Part shown: in pieces, positions 25,556-34,903 of the stretch
Position numbering within the stretch: the first letter of the stretch is position 1
How the letters are laid out: the number at the start of each line of letters is the position of its first letter
Assembly (NCBI GenBank): GCA_964410185.1
Contig: CAYPFM010000003.1
Coordinates: 150,119 to 214,118 of the forward strand
Source: an uncultured Candidatus Saccharibacteria bacterium
GTDB lineage: Bacteria; Patescibacteriota; Saccharimonadia; Saccharimonadales; JAUPVS01
DNA: 64,000 bases
Direction of reading: 5' to 3'
Program-made: the position numbers and the translations under genes
The notes under the pieces: generated by a model
Databases searched by the model: none
What the model was told of the DNA's origin: nothing
Seen by the model: only the letters and a program-made list of their open reading frames with translations

Positions 25556-27312
25556 AAATGCCAGATGTGACCAAGTTTGTAGACAAGAATAGTGCGATTG
25601 CGCAGTGGCAAAAGAAACGATCAGAGAAGCCCAAAGAACTTCGACTATTACTCGGTGAGCAAGATGCCATGGATGTACTTTCCTACGCAGGGCTGGAAGA
25701 GCAAGCTGATCACTTTGTAATTGATGGCCGGTATATGCGTGTTCTGTTTGTTTCGGGCTACCCATTCGTTGCTAGCTCCGGTTGGTTGAATAGCCTCGTG
25801 AACTTCAATCACAATGCGGATATTTCCTACCACATTGCCAGCGTTGATGCTACGCAAGCACTACCAAAATTACATCGCAAGATCACTGAACTGGAATCCA
25901 CTAAGCGTGCCTACATGCGTGTCGGTAAAATTATCGGGCCCGAAATCACTGATCCACTGGAATCAGCCACGCATTTACGAGATAAGATTCAGCGTGGTCA
26001 GGAAAAACTGTTTCAGGTCTCAATTTACGTGACATTGTCTGCCGATTCGATAACGGAACTCGATAAGACAACTAAATTACTGGAAACGGTTTTGTCAGCT
26101 CGCTTGTTCTATATTAAAACCGCACGCTACCAACAACTTGAGGCGTTGCAGTCTATTCTGCCCCGGGCTCAAGACATCCTGAATCAGAAACGTAACTTGG
26201 ATAGCTCATCTGCGGCGCTAACGTTTCCGTTTATGAGCTCCGAACTTGTGCAAGAATCGGGCATTTTGTATGGGGTAAACAAATCCAATAACTCATTGGT
26301 CATCTTAGATCGTTTCAGCCTCAATAACGCGAATAGCATCGTCTTTGCGCAGTCTGGGAGTGGAAAAAGCTACGCTACCAAAGTAGAAATCCTGAGACAG
26401 CTGATGCAAGGCACTAAGGTTATCGTGATTGACCCCGAACGAGAGTACAAAAGGTTAAGTGAATCAGTTAACGGAACGTATATTAAGTTATCGGCCAAAT
26501 CAAAGGAAAAGATTAATCCGTTTGACCTCTCTGCCACCTTCCACACTCGCAAAGATCTGTCTGAACATACTCAAGATTTAATTGAAGTGGTCTCGCTGAT
26601 GGCTGAAGGCTTAAGTCCTCGTGAAAAGGCGGCTGTCGATAAAGCCATTCTTAGGATCTATAGGACTGCGAAGAAGAAAACTCCATTACTGGAAGACCTG
26701 TACAAAGAACTCCATGTACTTGGACAAATTAAGCTCTGTGATCGCTTGGAGAAGTATATTAGCGGCTCATTGGCGGATGTCTTTAACGCACAGACAAATA
26801 TTAAGTTAGAAAACCGACTAGTAATCTTCGATATCAAGGACTTGCCGGAGTCTTTGCGGCAAATTATGATGATGATCATTTCCAACTTTGTAGCCAATCA
26901 GGTCAAAGCCAAGCCCGAAAAGCGCCTGTTGGTTATTGATGAAGGCTGGCTACTACTGGAGCACGAGGAATCGGCACGGTTTGTATCGGGCTTAGTCCGG
27001 CGTGCGCGCAAGTACTACCTCGGAGTCTCGATTATCTCCCAGCAAGCTAACGACTTTCTTAAGAACGACTACGGTCGCGCCATTGCCTCACAAAGTTCTT
27101 TACGTATTCTCATGCGCCAGGACACCACAACTATTAAGAATGTGGTCTCAGAGTTTCACTTGAGTGAATACGAGGAAAACTTTCTGCTGACGTGTGATAA
27201 GGGTGAAGCCTTAATTATTGCCGACCAGCACCATGTGGCCGTTAAAGTGGTCGCTTCAGGTAAAGAGCATCCTCTGATTACCACTAACCCCGCGGAGCTG
27301 TACCACCTATGA
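25552..27312 (+). CDS. virB4: VirB4-family T4SS ATPase (central and ATPase domains)
   Basis: Walker A FAQSGSGKSYATK, Walker B LLVIDEGW; ATGA overlap with the N-terminal-domain ORF. Confidence 0.85.
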   Translation: MKMPDVTKFVDKNSAIAQWQKKRSEKPKELRLLLGEQDAMDVLSYAGLEEQADHFVIDGRYMRVLFVSGYPFVASSGWLNSLVNFNHNADISYHIASVDATQALPKLHRKITELESTKRAYMRVGKIIGPEITDPLESATHLRDKIQRGQEKLFQVSIYVTLSADSITELDKTTKLLETVLSARLFYIKTARYQQLEALQSILPRAQDILNQKRNLDSSSAALTFPFMSSELVQESGILYGVNKSNNSLVILDRFSLNNANSIVFAQSGSGKSYATKVEILRQLMQGTKVIVIDPEREYKRLSESVNGTYIKLSAKSKEKINPFDLSATFHTRKDLSEHTQDLIEVVSLMAEGLSPREKAAVDKAILRIYRTAKKKTPLLEDLYKELHVLGQIKLCDRLEKYISGSLADVFNAQTNIKLENRLVIFDIKDLPESLRQIMMMIISNFVANQVKAKPEKRLLVIDEGWLLLEHEESARFVSGLVRRARKYYLGVSIISQQANDFLKNDYGRAIASQSSLRILMRQDTTTIKNVVSEFHLSEYEENFLLTCDKGEALIIADQHHVAVKVVASGKEHPLITTNPAELYHL

Positions 27313-27794
27313 ACTTAGTCGGCTACGTCTTTAAGAAATCGAAGTACGAACTGATGATTGTTTTAGCAGTCATCATTGTGTTGTTTTCAATGCCGGTCAT
27401 AGTACTGGCGGCTGTTTCTGATCTTGGGGCAATCGACACACATCCGCTCTATACCGAACCAGCTGACGGTCGTGATTTATATGACTACGGTAACTGTACC
27501 TATTGGGCAGCCTTGCGACGTATCCAGATTGGGCACCAAATACCCAACACCTGGGGCAATGCTAATACCTGGGCGGAGCGGGCAGCCCTTGACGGCTACC
27601 AGGTCGACCATAACCCCGCCGTAAACTCGATCATGCAAACCAGTGCCGGTTTCTACGGGCACGTTGCGTTCGTCGAAGCAGTAGATGAGCAGGGCAACTG
27701 GACAATCTCTGAGATGAACGTTATTGGCTATGATCAACTTGATACCAAGACGCTATCGCCAGCCATGGCCAAGTGGTTCTACTTTATTCACTAA
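27309..27794 (+). CDS. CHAP-domain peptidoglycan hydrolase (VirB1 analogue)
   Basis: TM anchor, catalytic Cys in GNCTYWAA and His in GHVAFVEAV. Confidence 0.75.
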   Translation: MNLVGYVFKKSKYELMIVLAVIIVLFSMPVIVLAAVSDLGAIDTHPLYTEPADGRDLYDYGNCTYWAALRRIQIGHQIPNTWGNANTWAERAALDGYQVDHNPAVNSIMQTSAGFYGHVAFVEAVDEQGNWTISEMNVIGYDQLDTKTLSPAMAKWFYFIH

Positions 27795-27804
27795 AGGAGG
27801 AGCT

Positions 27805-30411
27805 ATGCATATAATCGATCCGGTCTTCAATTTTTTGCACTCGGTAGCCTCGCTACTACCGATAATTGGTGTTTGTTTATTCTTGGCGGTTTTGGCGGCA
27901 ACAATTATATGGCTTTTGAGACGAGTGATTGCAGTTATTCATAACTTAAAAGTTGAAACAATCTATCTGGAGGTTACGCCACCTTCACAGACAGATAGGG
28001 CACCAATAGCCACCAACCAGCTATTCTCGGCTCTGCATGGGCTTGGCTTATCGCAAATCGGGTATAAACGGCTACTTGGTATAAAAAGTAGTTTTGCATT
28101 GGAGATTGTATCTAGCCGTAAAGATGGCATTCGATTTGTGTTTTGCGTGCCAGCCAACAAAGCCAAGACGGTGGAGCGCTCAATTATCTCCTATGTCCCG
28201 GATGTAAAAGTTAAAGCCATATCAGACTATTTGCCAGTGTTTTCACGGGCAAAAGTAGTCTCCTTTGTTCAGGCTAAACACTTCGCCTTCCCGCTTGCCG
28301 AGCATGAGACCCTAGACAGCCACGATCCAGTTGGTTATCTCACGAATGCCATGACAAAGCTCAGCGACAAGGAGCTCATGTCCTTCCAGCTTGTTTTAAC
28401 CCCGATGCGTAACCGCCAAGCCGAACGACTGCGTAACAAAATTCTGCATAACGAAGATTTGCTCTCAGCACTCGATAAAAAGCCGACACCATTGTCACCG
28501 CTTACTACGGCTCTAAATACCGTTCTTTTCAGCATGCTCGATACGGCATCCAGTGCATACCACGGGCCTTCAAGAACCGCACAAATGTCCGCCAGTCGTG
28601 ACCTTGAGTATAAGAAGCAGGTTGCTAAGAATATTAAACCGGTCCGTACCCTTAGTTACTTTGAGCACGAACTGGTGGAGTCAATTCACCGCAAACTCAG
28701 TCAGCCACTGTTCCATGCTGAAATACGTGTTGTGATTGCTTCAGACAGTAAAGAGGAAGTACGCCAACGCCGCAGCAATATTGTCTCTGCCCTCAATCTA
28801 CTCAATGTGCCCAAGTACCAAGCTCTGAAAGCTCGGCGTAATCACTTTGGCGTTATCCAGCGACTCAAACAGTATGTGTTTGTCAAAAGGTTGCCAGGGG
28901 TGTTTCGTTCTACTAATGTATTGTCCGCCTCCGAACTTTCAAGTCTATACCACTTCCCAAATAGCAAGTCAGCTAAGACGGAAAATGTTGTAAAGTCCCT
29001 AAGTAAAACATTACCCGCACCGATATCAATGAAGAATGGCAGCAAACTCGATATTATACTCGGAAGCAATGAACATCACGGCTCAGAGACACCAATTGGC
29101 CTTACTGAAGCGGAACGGCAAAGGCATCTTTATGTTATTGGTGGCACGGGCAATGGAAAAACTACTATGCTGCAGTATGCTATTGTTCAAGATATAAAGA
29201 ACGGCAAAGGCATAGCCGTGATAGATCCACATGGTGACCTCGTAGAAACAGTCCTACGTCACATCCCCAAAGAACGTATCAATGATGTCATCTACCTAAA
29301 CCCCGATGACCTAGACCGCCCGATCGGTATTAATCTATTGGAACTCGACCGAGATCTAGCTGGCGAGGAACTGCTGCGCGAAAAAGATCTTATCACTGAG
29401 TCCACGATTTCAGTTCTGCGAAAAATATTCTCTGAAGACGATAGCGGTGGCCACCGGATTGAATATATCCTACGCAACACCATCCAAACGGCTTTATCGT
29501 TGGAAGGAGCGACACTGTTTACTATTTTCCGTCTATTAAATGATGCCAAGTACCGACGTGGCGTTGTTAAAGGGCTCGACAATCAAGATCTCAAAGACTT
29601 CTGGAATAATGAGCTTGGTAAGGCTGGAGAGTTCCAACGTGTCAAGATGATCAGTGGTATTACCGCCAAAGTCGGACGATTCTTATTCTCTGCAAGTGCA
29701 AAGCGCATACTAGAACAAGAGAAGTCCAGTATAGATTTCAACGATATACTTGATTCAAAGAAAATACTGATTTGTAATTTCTCGAAGGGGTTGCTCGGAG
29801 AGGATACCTCGACACTATTCGGGACGACTGTACTTGCAAAACTTCAAGTTGCGTCGCTCCGTAGGGCTCGCCTACAACAAGCCAACCGTACGCCTTTTTA
29901 CCTTTACGTTGATGAGTTCCAGAACTTTGCCACAATGAGTTTTGTACAAATGCTGTCTGAAGCTCGAAAGTATAAATTGTTTCTAACGATGGCAGAGCAG
30001 TCTACTAGTCAGCAGGAACAACAACGCTTAGTAGACATCATCTTAGCTAATGTCGGTACGGTAGTCTGCTTCCGCTCCGGGAGCCCAGCAGATGAACGAC
30101 TGATATTGCCTCTCTTTTCTCCTTTTATTGAGCAGGGAGAAATTGCCAACCTCCCAGCCTACACCTTTTATGCTCGGGTTGCTGCCGTGCAAGCGCAGGA
30201 GCCAATGTCTGGTACCACTTTGCTACTCCAAGATGCTGATAATGAGGAGCTGGCTCAAAGAGCAATCAATTACTCTAGAAAAAACTACGGCAAGAAGGCA
30301 GCGGACGGTAAACCAAAGGCTGAAGAATCTTCTAGCTCGAAGGTGCAAATAAAAGAATCGGGAAAGTCAGCTACAATATCGCAGCCCGGTACCGCAGATG
30401 ATTTCATATAG
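27805..30411 (+). CDS. virD4: type IV coupling protein (VirD4/TraG/TraD family)
   Basis: Start moved to MHIIDPVF (AAAGGAGG RBS). N-terminal TM helices, Walker A VIGGTGNGKTT, Walker B FYLYVDEFQNF. Confidence 0.8.
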   Translation: MHIIDPVFNFLHSVASLLPIIGVCLFLAVLAATIIWLLRRVIAVIHNLKVETIYLEVTPPSQTDRAPIATNQLFSALHGLGLSQIGYKRLLGIKSSFALEIVSSRKDGIRFVFCVPANKAKTVERSIISYVPDVKVKAISDYLPVFSRAKVVSFVQAKHFAFPLAEHETLDSHDPVGYLTNAMTKLSDKELMSFQLVLTPMRNRQAERLRNKILHNEDLLSALDKKPTPLSPLTTALNTVLFSMLDTASSAYHGPSRTAQMSASRDLEYKKQVAKNIKPVRTLSYFEHELVESIHRKLSQPLFHAEIRVVIASDSKEEVRQRRSNIVSALNLLNVPKYQALKARRNHFGVIQRLKQYVFVKRLPGVFRSTNVLSASELSSLYHFPNSKSAKTENVVKSLSKTLPAPISMKNGSKLDIILGSNEHHGSETPIGLTEAERQRHLYVIGGTGNGKTTMLQYAIVQDIKNGKGIAVIDPHGDLVETVLRHIPKERINDVIYLNPDDLDRPIGINLLELDRDLAGEELLREKDLITESTISVLRKIFSEDDSGGHRIEYILRNTIQTALSLEGATLFTIFRLLNDAKYRRGVVKGLDNQDLKDFWNNELGKAGEFQRVKMISGITAKVGRFLFSASAKRILEQEKSSIDFNDILDSKKILICNFSKGLLGEDTSTLFGTTVLAKLQVASLRRARLQQANRTPFYLYVDEFQNFATMSFVQMLSEARKYKLFLTMAEQSTSQQEQQRLVDIILANVGTVVCFRSGSPADERLILPLFSPFIEQGEIANLPAYTFYARVAAVQAQEPMSGTTLLLQDADNEELAQRAINYSRKNYGKKAADGKPKAEESSSSKVQIKESGKSATISQPGTADDFI

Positions 30412-30757
30412 ATGGTTCTATCAAAGCAATCGCACCCAGCCCAGAATTTGGGGGTTGTACCCTTGGCTCGCGCACGAAGCTCGGCCCACCATCCTCTCCG
30501 TCCTCATCCTCAATCATAATCTCGATCAGATCCAAAGAATCAGGGCTTAAGTCAGCTAGGGAAACGACAAGATCATTTAGAGTCGTATCATCAAGGTCGT
30601 CAAAACTACCAATAATGTTTCGTTCCTCACGAAATGCATTTATTCGATTTTTCAATTCCTGAAAGCATTCTTCTTCGTCAAAGCTTCGTTGTTCGTCGGG
30701 TGTTTCATGAGAGCCTGCATCAAATTGCTCTTTTGCCATGCTTAAAGTATACGACAT
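30404..30757 (-). CDS. highly acidic small protein
   Basis: 117 aa, roughly 29% Asp+Glu (DDLDDTT..., IEIMIEDEDGEDGG); 8-nt convergent overlap with virD4. Confidence 0.45.
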   Translation of the reverse strand: MSYTLSMAKEQFDAGSHETPDEQRSFDEEECFQELKNRINAFREERNIIGSFDDLDDTTLNDLVVSLADLSPDSLDLIEIMIEDEDGEDGGPSFVREPRVQPPNSGLGAIALIEPSI

Positions 30758-30805
30758 TTGAATCTGCCTAGAAATGGCTAGAGATATCCGTTAACACTGT
30801 GAAAA

Positions 30806-30814
30806 TGGTATAAT
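30806..30814 (+). promoter_or_regulatory. extended -10 promoter, leaderless geometry
   Basis: TGGTATAAT-ATAGCT-ATG(30821). Confidence 0.45.
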
Positions 30815-30820
30815 ATAGCT

Positions 30821-31330
30821 ATGAGCGGCGAAATACGCAACAATGATGCATCTGAATACAAAAATCTTCGAGAGGAACCTCCCGAGAAGGTTGCGGAATT
30901 AGATAGTGTTCTGGGAGGGTTACTCAATAGCATACCTTATGAAATCCGCGTCAATCGAGAGACCTTCAATAACCCAAACAAGGTGAAGGTCTACGGTGCT
31001 CGTGTCGTTCGTCGTGAGGAAACACCGCCCGGAAGCCAGACAACCACCGGTATTATTCTACAAGAGAACGTTGACGCGGTTAAGATACGCTCGCATATGT
31101 TCCGACGGTTTCCACCCATCGAATGGTCTCGGCCAAGATATGTACTCGAATACTTTGAAGATAGGTCGGAACAAATGTCGATCGCTCGTGATAGCGTTAC
31201 GTTCTACTATGATCCTGGCTTTAGTATCATCGCTGGGGGTGACCCGCTCATTTACGAGCAGCTTGGCCTTGATCAAAAGGATCCGCTGGACGCCATGATT
31301 GAACTAGCACGAACTCTAGGCCCGCAATAG
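30821..31330 (+). CDS. hypothetical protein
   Basis: 169-aa ORF directly behind an extended -10 promoter. Confidence 0.5.
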   Translation: MSGEIRNNDASEYKNLREEPPEKVAELDSVLGGLLNSIPYEIRVNRETFNNPNKVKVYGARVVRREETPPGSQTTTGIILQENVDAVKIRSHMFRRFPPIEWSRPRYVLEYFEDRSEQMSIARDSVTFYYDPGFSIIAGGDPLIYEQLGLDQKDPLDAMIELARTLGPQ

Positions 31331-31356
31331 GTTTTATATTTGCAAGCTTGAGCAAC

Positions 31357-31953
31357 TTAGTCAGTTTGAGGTGTTTTGAGATAGGAAGAAATTGACCAAC
31401 TTTTCAGCGATGTGAGTTGTGCTGCACTCGCTGTACTAAACCGAAGTATTTTTTCTACATCTTCACGCTCTTCCTTACTATTGAAGATCAATAGTTCAGA
31501 CTTATGCGTGGTACGGTGGACTCTCCTCGTTGGCAGCACCTCAACAATTGTACTTAACACACCACCCCATTTACCGGTCATGTTTTGGAAGGCCTCATTC
31601 AGCGCAGCGTCTGACTCCGAAACATCGTTGCTGGCGGATGATTCAGATCGGACCTGTTCGGTAGCTAACATGCCAACAAGTGCAGCTTTTTTACGAAAGG
31701 CGTCTCCCAAGTGCCACGGTTATTCGATGCTAGCTCGGAGTGTATGGTTATCTCCATCAAGTGGCACGACAAATGGATTTTCAAGTCCTGTTACGTCCGG
31801 AACGGATATCCCGGGCATAGCGACGTAATCTAAGGTCAGGTGCGACCCGGCTAATCTATCACTTGGATGTTGGTCTTGTGCGGCGGCCTGTTCACCGAAC
31901 ACCAACACCTGCTGACGGGCTGCTTCATTCAGTTCAACGCGGTAGCTTAACAT
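31357..31953 (-). pseudogene. paralogue of 32000-32602 interrupted by one in-frame TAA
   Basis: ORFs 31720-31953 and 31357-31710 are in the same frame, separated by TAA at 31722-31720. Both halves align to the N- and C-terminal halves of the neighbouring 200-aa protein. Confidence 0.5.
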
Positions 31954-31999
31954 AGCTAAAGTCTCTCACTCCGCAATAGTATGCGCAAGCATATGCAAC

Positions 32000-32602
32000 T
32001 TAGTCTGTTTGAGACGATAAGCGGATTCCAAGATCTGGTAGGCGTACACTTGCAACAATTTCGGCAGGAGTCGCAACACCGCTTTCAAGTAACTGACTTA
32101 TTTGTTCGTACTCAGCTTCGCCTTCAAAAAGATAGAATTCCGCTATTCCCTCAGTATTCATATAATCACCGACAGGAACCAATCGAGCAACCGCCCTCAG
32201 AAAACCACCAGTGTCCAAAAATTCGTTAATAACTTCATTTAGTTCGACGGGTTGTCCCTCAAATAGTTCTTCGTCCTCGGTGGGTGCGTTATACCAGAAT
32301 GATTCGGCCGGTATTGTTCCGACAAATGATATCTGCTTCCAGTACGGCGCGTCACGCTTCTGCGGACAATCTACATGAACTACACTAACGCCAAACGACT
32401 CATCGTCCCCAATAAGTGGTACCCAAAAAGGTTTTTCAAGTCCTGACACATCAGGAACAGAAATGCCGGGTATATACATTTGATCAAGCGGCATGTAAAA
32501 GCTTCCCAGGACTGGGTCGCTGCCAAGTTCTCCAGCTTGCTCTCCAAGCAGCACTAAGCGCTCAAGACCAGTTTGATCAATTTCTGCAGGATGGTGAATC
32601 AT
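32000..32602 (-). CDS. hypothetical protein (intact paralogue)
   Basis: 200 aa; shares PGISVPDV(S/T)GLE.PF.VPL and the C-terminal ...QTD with the interrupted copy. Confidence 0.55.
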   Translation of the reverse strand: MIHHPAEIDQTGLERLVLLGEQAGELGSDPVLGSFYMPLDQMYIPGISVPDVSGLEKPFWVPLIGDDESFGVSVVHVDCPQKRDAPYWKQISFVGTIPAESFWYNAPTEDEELFEGQPVELNEVINEFLDTGGFLRAVARLVPVGDYMNTEGIAEFYLFEGEAEYEQISQLLESGVATPAEIVASVRLPDLGIRLSSQTD

Positions 32603-32690
32603 GTGTGTAGCCTCTCACTCTATTCTTTCGCAAGCAAACATGAGTTGTTTGTTGAGTACTGATAAAAGTACACATCGCTAAACTTTCGAA

Positions 32691-33065
32691 CTATTCCGTT
32701 TCAAAAACAGGATGCAATTCGTACCTTTTAAATTCTGAAAAGGCAACAGCCACACCTCTATCGTCACAGTCGGCTAGGTTGCAAACGGCTTTTACTTGGC
32801 CATCATACAAAGTATTTTGTTCAACTAAGCTAACACCCGAGCACTTGAGTCCACATTTGCCAGCCCCGCTACAGGCATTACGACCAATCCACTCAGCAGT
32901 GAGTGTAATATTTTTGACCGCATGAGGAGCCTCAGCTTCATAACTGTCTGCTGCGGTGTATCTTTGCTCAACATTTTTCTCGACTGCTGCAACCATTTCG
33001 TCATGCGTATATACTAATCCGGCGCTTGATGTGCGCACTATGTTCGGCTCGATTTCGTGACCCAT
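32691..33065 (-). CDS. hypothetical Cys-rich small protein
   Basis: 124 aa; TTGCAA-N17-GAATAT promoter and AAGGAG RBS upstream. Confidence 0.5.
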   Translation of the reverse strand: MGHEIEPNIVRTSSAGLVYTHDEMVAAVEKNVEQRYTAADSYEAEAPHAVKNITLTAEWIGRNACSGAGKCGLKCSGVSLVEQNTLYDGQVKAVCNLADCDDRGVAVAFSEFKRYELHPVFETE

Positions 33066-33180
33066 AATGTCTCCTTCTAATGCCTATATTCGCCTAATTC
33101 GCAAAAATTTGCAAGCATGAGCAATTTGTTGAACAGTATGCAAAGTACAAACCACTAAGTCTGGTTTTAAAACTTCGAAA

Positions 33181-33534
33181 CTACCCTATTTCAACAAGAG
33201 GACTTAGTACGTATATTCCAACCCGCATCCCCATGTCCGAGGCCTCAGCATCAGTGCTTATTTGTCCGTTTTCTTTCATAGCATTGCCGATGATTACATC
33301 TGCCGCGGGGATAACTCCAGTTGGCAACACGACACTTCCGTCTTCCGCAATCATTTCTTCCAATGATGCAACGAGTTTTCGGGTTCGAGCATCCGGTATA
33401 GCATGGCGGGCTATATCAATATGGTAATATGCTCCGTAAACACCGCTTGAGTTTACAAGATGCTCCCAGCCGTATTTCTGGGCTTCACCAGAGGCCCAAG
33501 TTTCAGGGGTTGGTCGTACGTCATGAAAAACCAT
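33181..33534 (-). CDS. hypothetical protein
   Basis: 117 aa; own promoter (next feature). Confidence 0.5.
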   Translation of the reverse strand: MVFHDVRPTPETWASGEAQKYGWEHLVNSSGVYGAYYHIDIARHAIPDARTRKLVASLEEMIAEDGSVVLPTGVIPAADVIIGNAMKENGQISTDAEASDMGMRVGIYVLSPLVEIG

Positions 33535-33541
33535 AGATACA

Positions 33542-33570
33542 ATTATCTAGCAGTCGAACTTTCGAAGCAA
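33542..33570 (-). promoter_or_regulatory. promoter, leaderless geometry
   Basis: Minus strand TTGCTT-N17-GATAAT-N7-ATG(33534). Confidence 0.45.
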
Positions 33571-33599
33571 GCATAAGCAGCAGCTAAACTGCTAAAGAG

Positions 33600-33968
33600 T
33601 TAGTCTATGCTTGGTTGAGTAGGTGGTGTGTCAATTGCTCGATGCAATGCAGCCAAATCGTTAAGATGACTGTACTCCTCGTTTTCATTCTCTGCAGACG
33701 CATCTGCAAGTTGCGCACGGGAACCGAGTGCACGTGCCATCGAATCTTTTGCGGCATCGGTTGCGATGAGACCGTCAGTTAAAACGTCCTTGAGCAGTCC
33801 TTTGGGTGTCAGTACCGATTTAAGGAAGTCTGCATCAAAAGATATTTCTATTCTGACAGTTGCATCAACAACACTTCTGGCAAGTGCAGTATAGACGTCT
33901 ACAGGCGTCATTTTTTGACCCTCTTCTTGTCCAAATAATTCAATGGCGATATCACGCTCTCTCGACAT
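33600..33968 (-). CDS. hypothetical acidic protein
   Basis: 122 aa ORF; TACTAT -10-like hexamer 6 nt upstream of the ATG. Confidence 0.5.
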   Translation of the reverse strand: MSRERDIAIELFGQEEGQKMTPVDVYTALARSVVDATVRIEISFDADFLKSVLTPKGLLKDVLTDGLIATDAAKDSMARALGSRAQLADASAENENEEYSHLNDLAALHRAIDTPPTQPSID

Positions 33969-34094
33969 GAACCTATAGTAACAAATAAGCCGCGTTTCAA
34001 AAGTGCTTATGGATAACCTCTATTAATGCTCGATTCAATTTCGTGAAGTATGCGATGCATGAATGCGCCAAGACGGCTAGGTTTTTGCTTAAGC

Positions 34095-34122
34095 TTGCAA
34101 ATTATGTTGAATAGTTTAAAAT
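34095..34122 (+). promoter_or_regulatory. promoter
   Basis: AAGCTTGCAA-N16-TAAAAT, then an AGGAG RBS before ATG 34143. Confidence 0.45.
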
Positions 34123-34142
34123 CCAGTGAAATAGGAGATTCT

Positions 34143-34784
34143 ATGGCTAGTGAATTTGAAACCCGGATACACGAACGAAAAAACACACTCATTGTAGCCA
34201 AGGCAACTGCGGGTATTTTGAAGCTGTCAGGTTGTGAGCCACAGATCTTTAGTAATTCTGGTACCCGACCAATATTTGAAGCAAGAGCCAGAGGAATTCT
34301 TCGTATTCGTGAAGCAGTTGAGGTGGGTCAAGAATCGTTCGAAGACGTTGTTTCGAGCGGTTGGATGCTTACCAAACACATAACGAGCAACAACGAACAT
34401 GCTTCGACAGAAGAAATGGTTGTCTTAGAACACGACGGTGATTTAGCGGTAGTTGGACGTACTTCCTCATTTGTCGTTGGAAATGGGTACTTCCGAACTG
34501 GTGCTATTGGTATGCCAGGCGAAGAGGTAGATTACCCCGATTACGAGATTTCGAGAGATGGCCGCCGTCGTACGCGCGTATTGATTACAGAGTCCGAGAT
34601 ACAACAGAAATTAGCTCGATTAGTGGTGCAAGATGACTTACATATAGGTACGCCTTTTGAGCAGGCTCTTGCTGAATTAGATCAAGGCTATAGCGTCGTT
34701 GAACCGGTTGTCGGGGGTGACGACCCGCTAGAGGTTGTAAGGACTATCCCTATGCCCCTACCACCACTCTCTCCGCGCTCCTGA
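34143..34784 (+). CDS. hypothetical protein
   Basis: Start moved to MASEFETR behind the RBS; 213 aa. The 3' end carries repeat R1. Confidence 0.5.
   Translation: MASEFETRIHERKNTLIVAKATAGILKLSGCEPQIFSNSGTRPIFEARARGILRIREAVEVGQESFEDVVSSGWMLTKHITSNNEHASTEEMVVLEHDGDLAVVGRTSSFVVGNGYFRTGAIGMPGEEVDYPDYEISRDGRRRTRVLITESEIQQKLARLVVQDDLHIGTPFEQALAELDQGYSVVEPVVGGDDPLEVVRTIPMPLPPLSPRS
34671..34768 (+). repeat. 98-nt direct repeat R1 (inside the 3' end of the CDS)
   Basis: About 90% identical to 35243-35340. Confidence 0.8.
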
Positions 34785-34867
34785 TTTAGCCAACCTCGAT
34801 ATAAGTAAGACACTTCGAGCATAGTCGTTATGAAATACCCGTCCATGGATTTGTATTTTGCTTGTGC

Positions 34868-34896
34868 TTGCAAATAGTAAACTCGAGCTAGATAAT
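34868..34896 (+). promoter_or_regulatory. promoter, leaderless geometry
   Basis: GTGCTTGCAA-N17-GATAAT-N7-ATG(34904). Confidence 0.45.
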
Positions 34897-34903
34897 GCGC
34901 CTT

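Noticed and set aside
34007-34201. 64-aa minus-strand ORF
   Set aside because: It overlaps the promoter, RBS and start of the better-supported plus-strand gene 34143-34784 and has no expression signals of its own.
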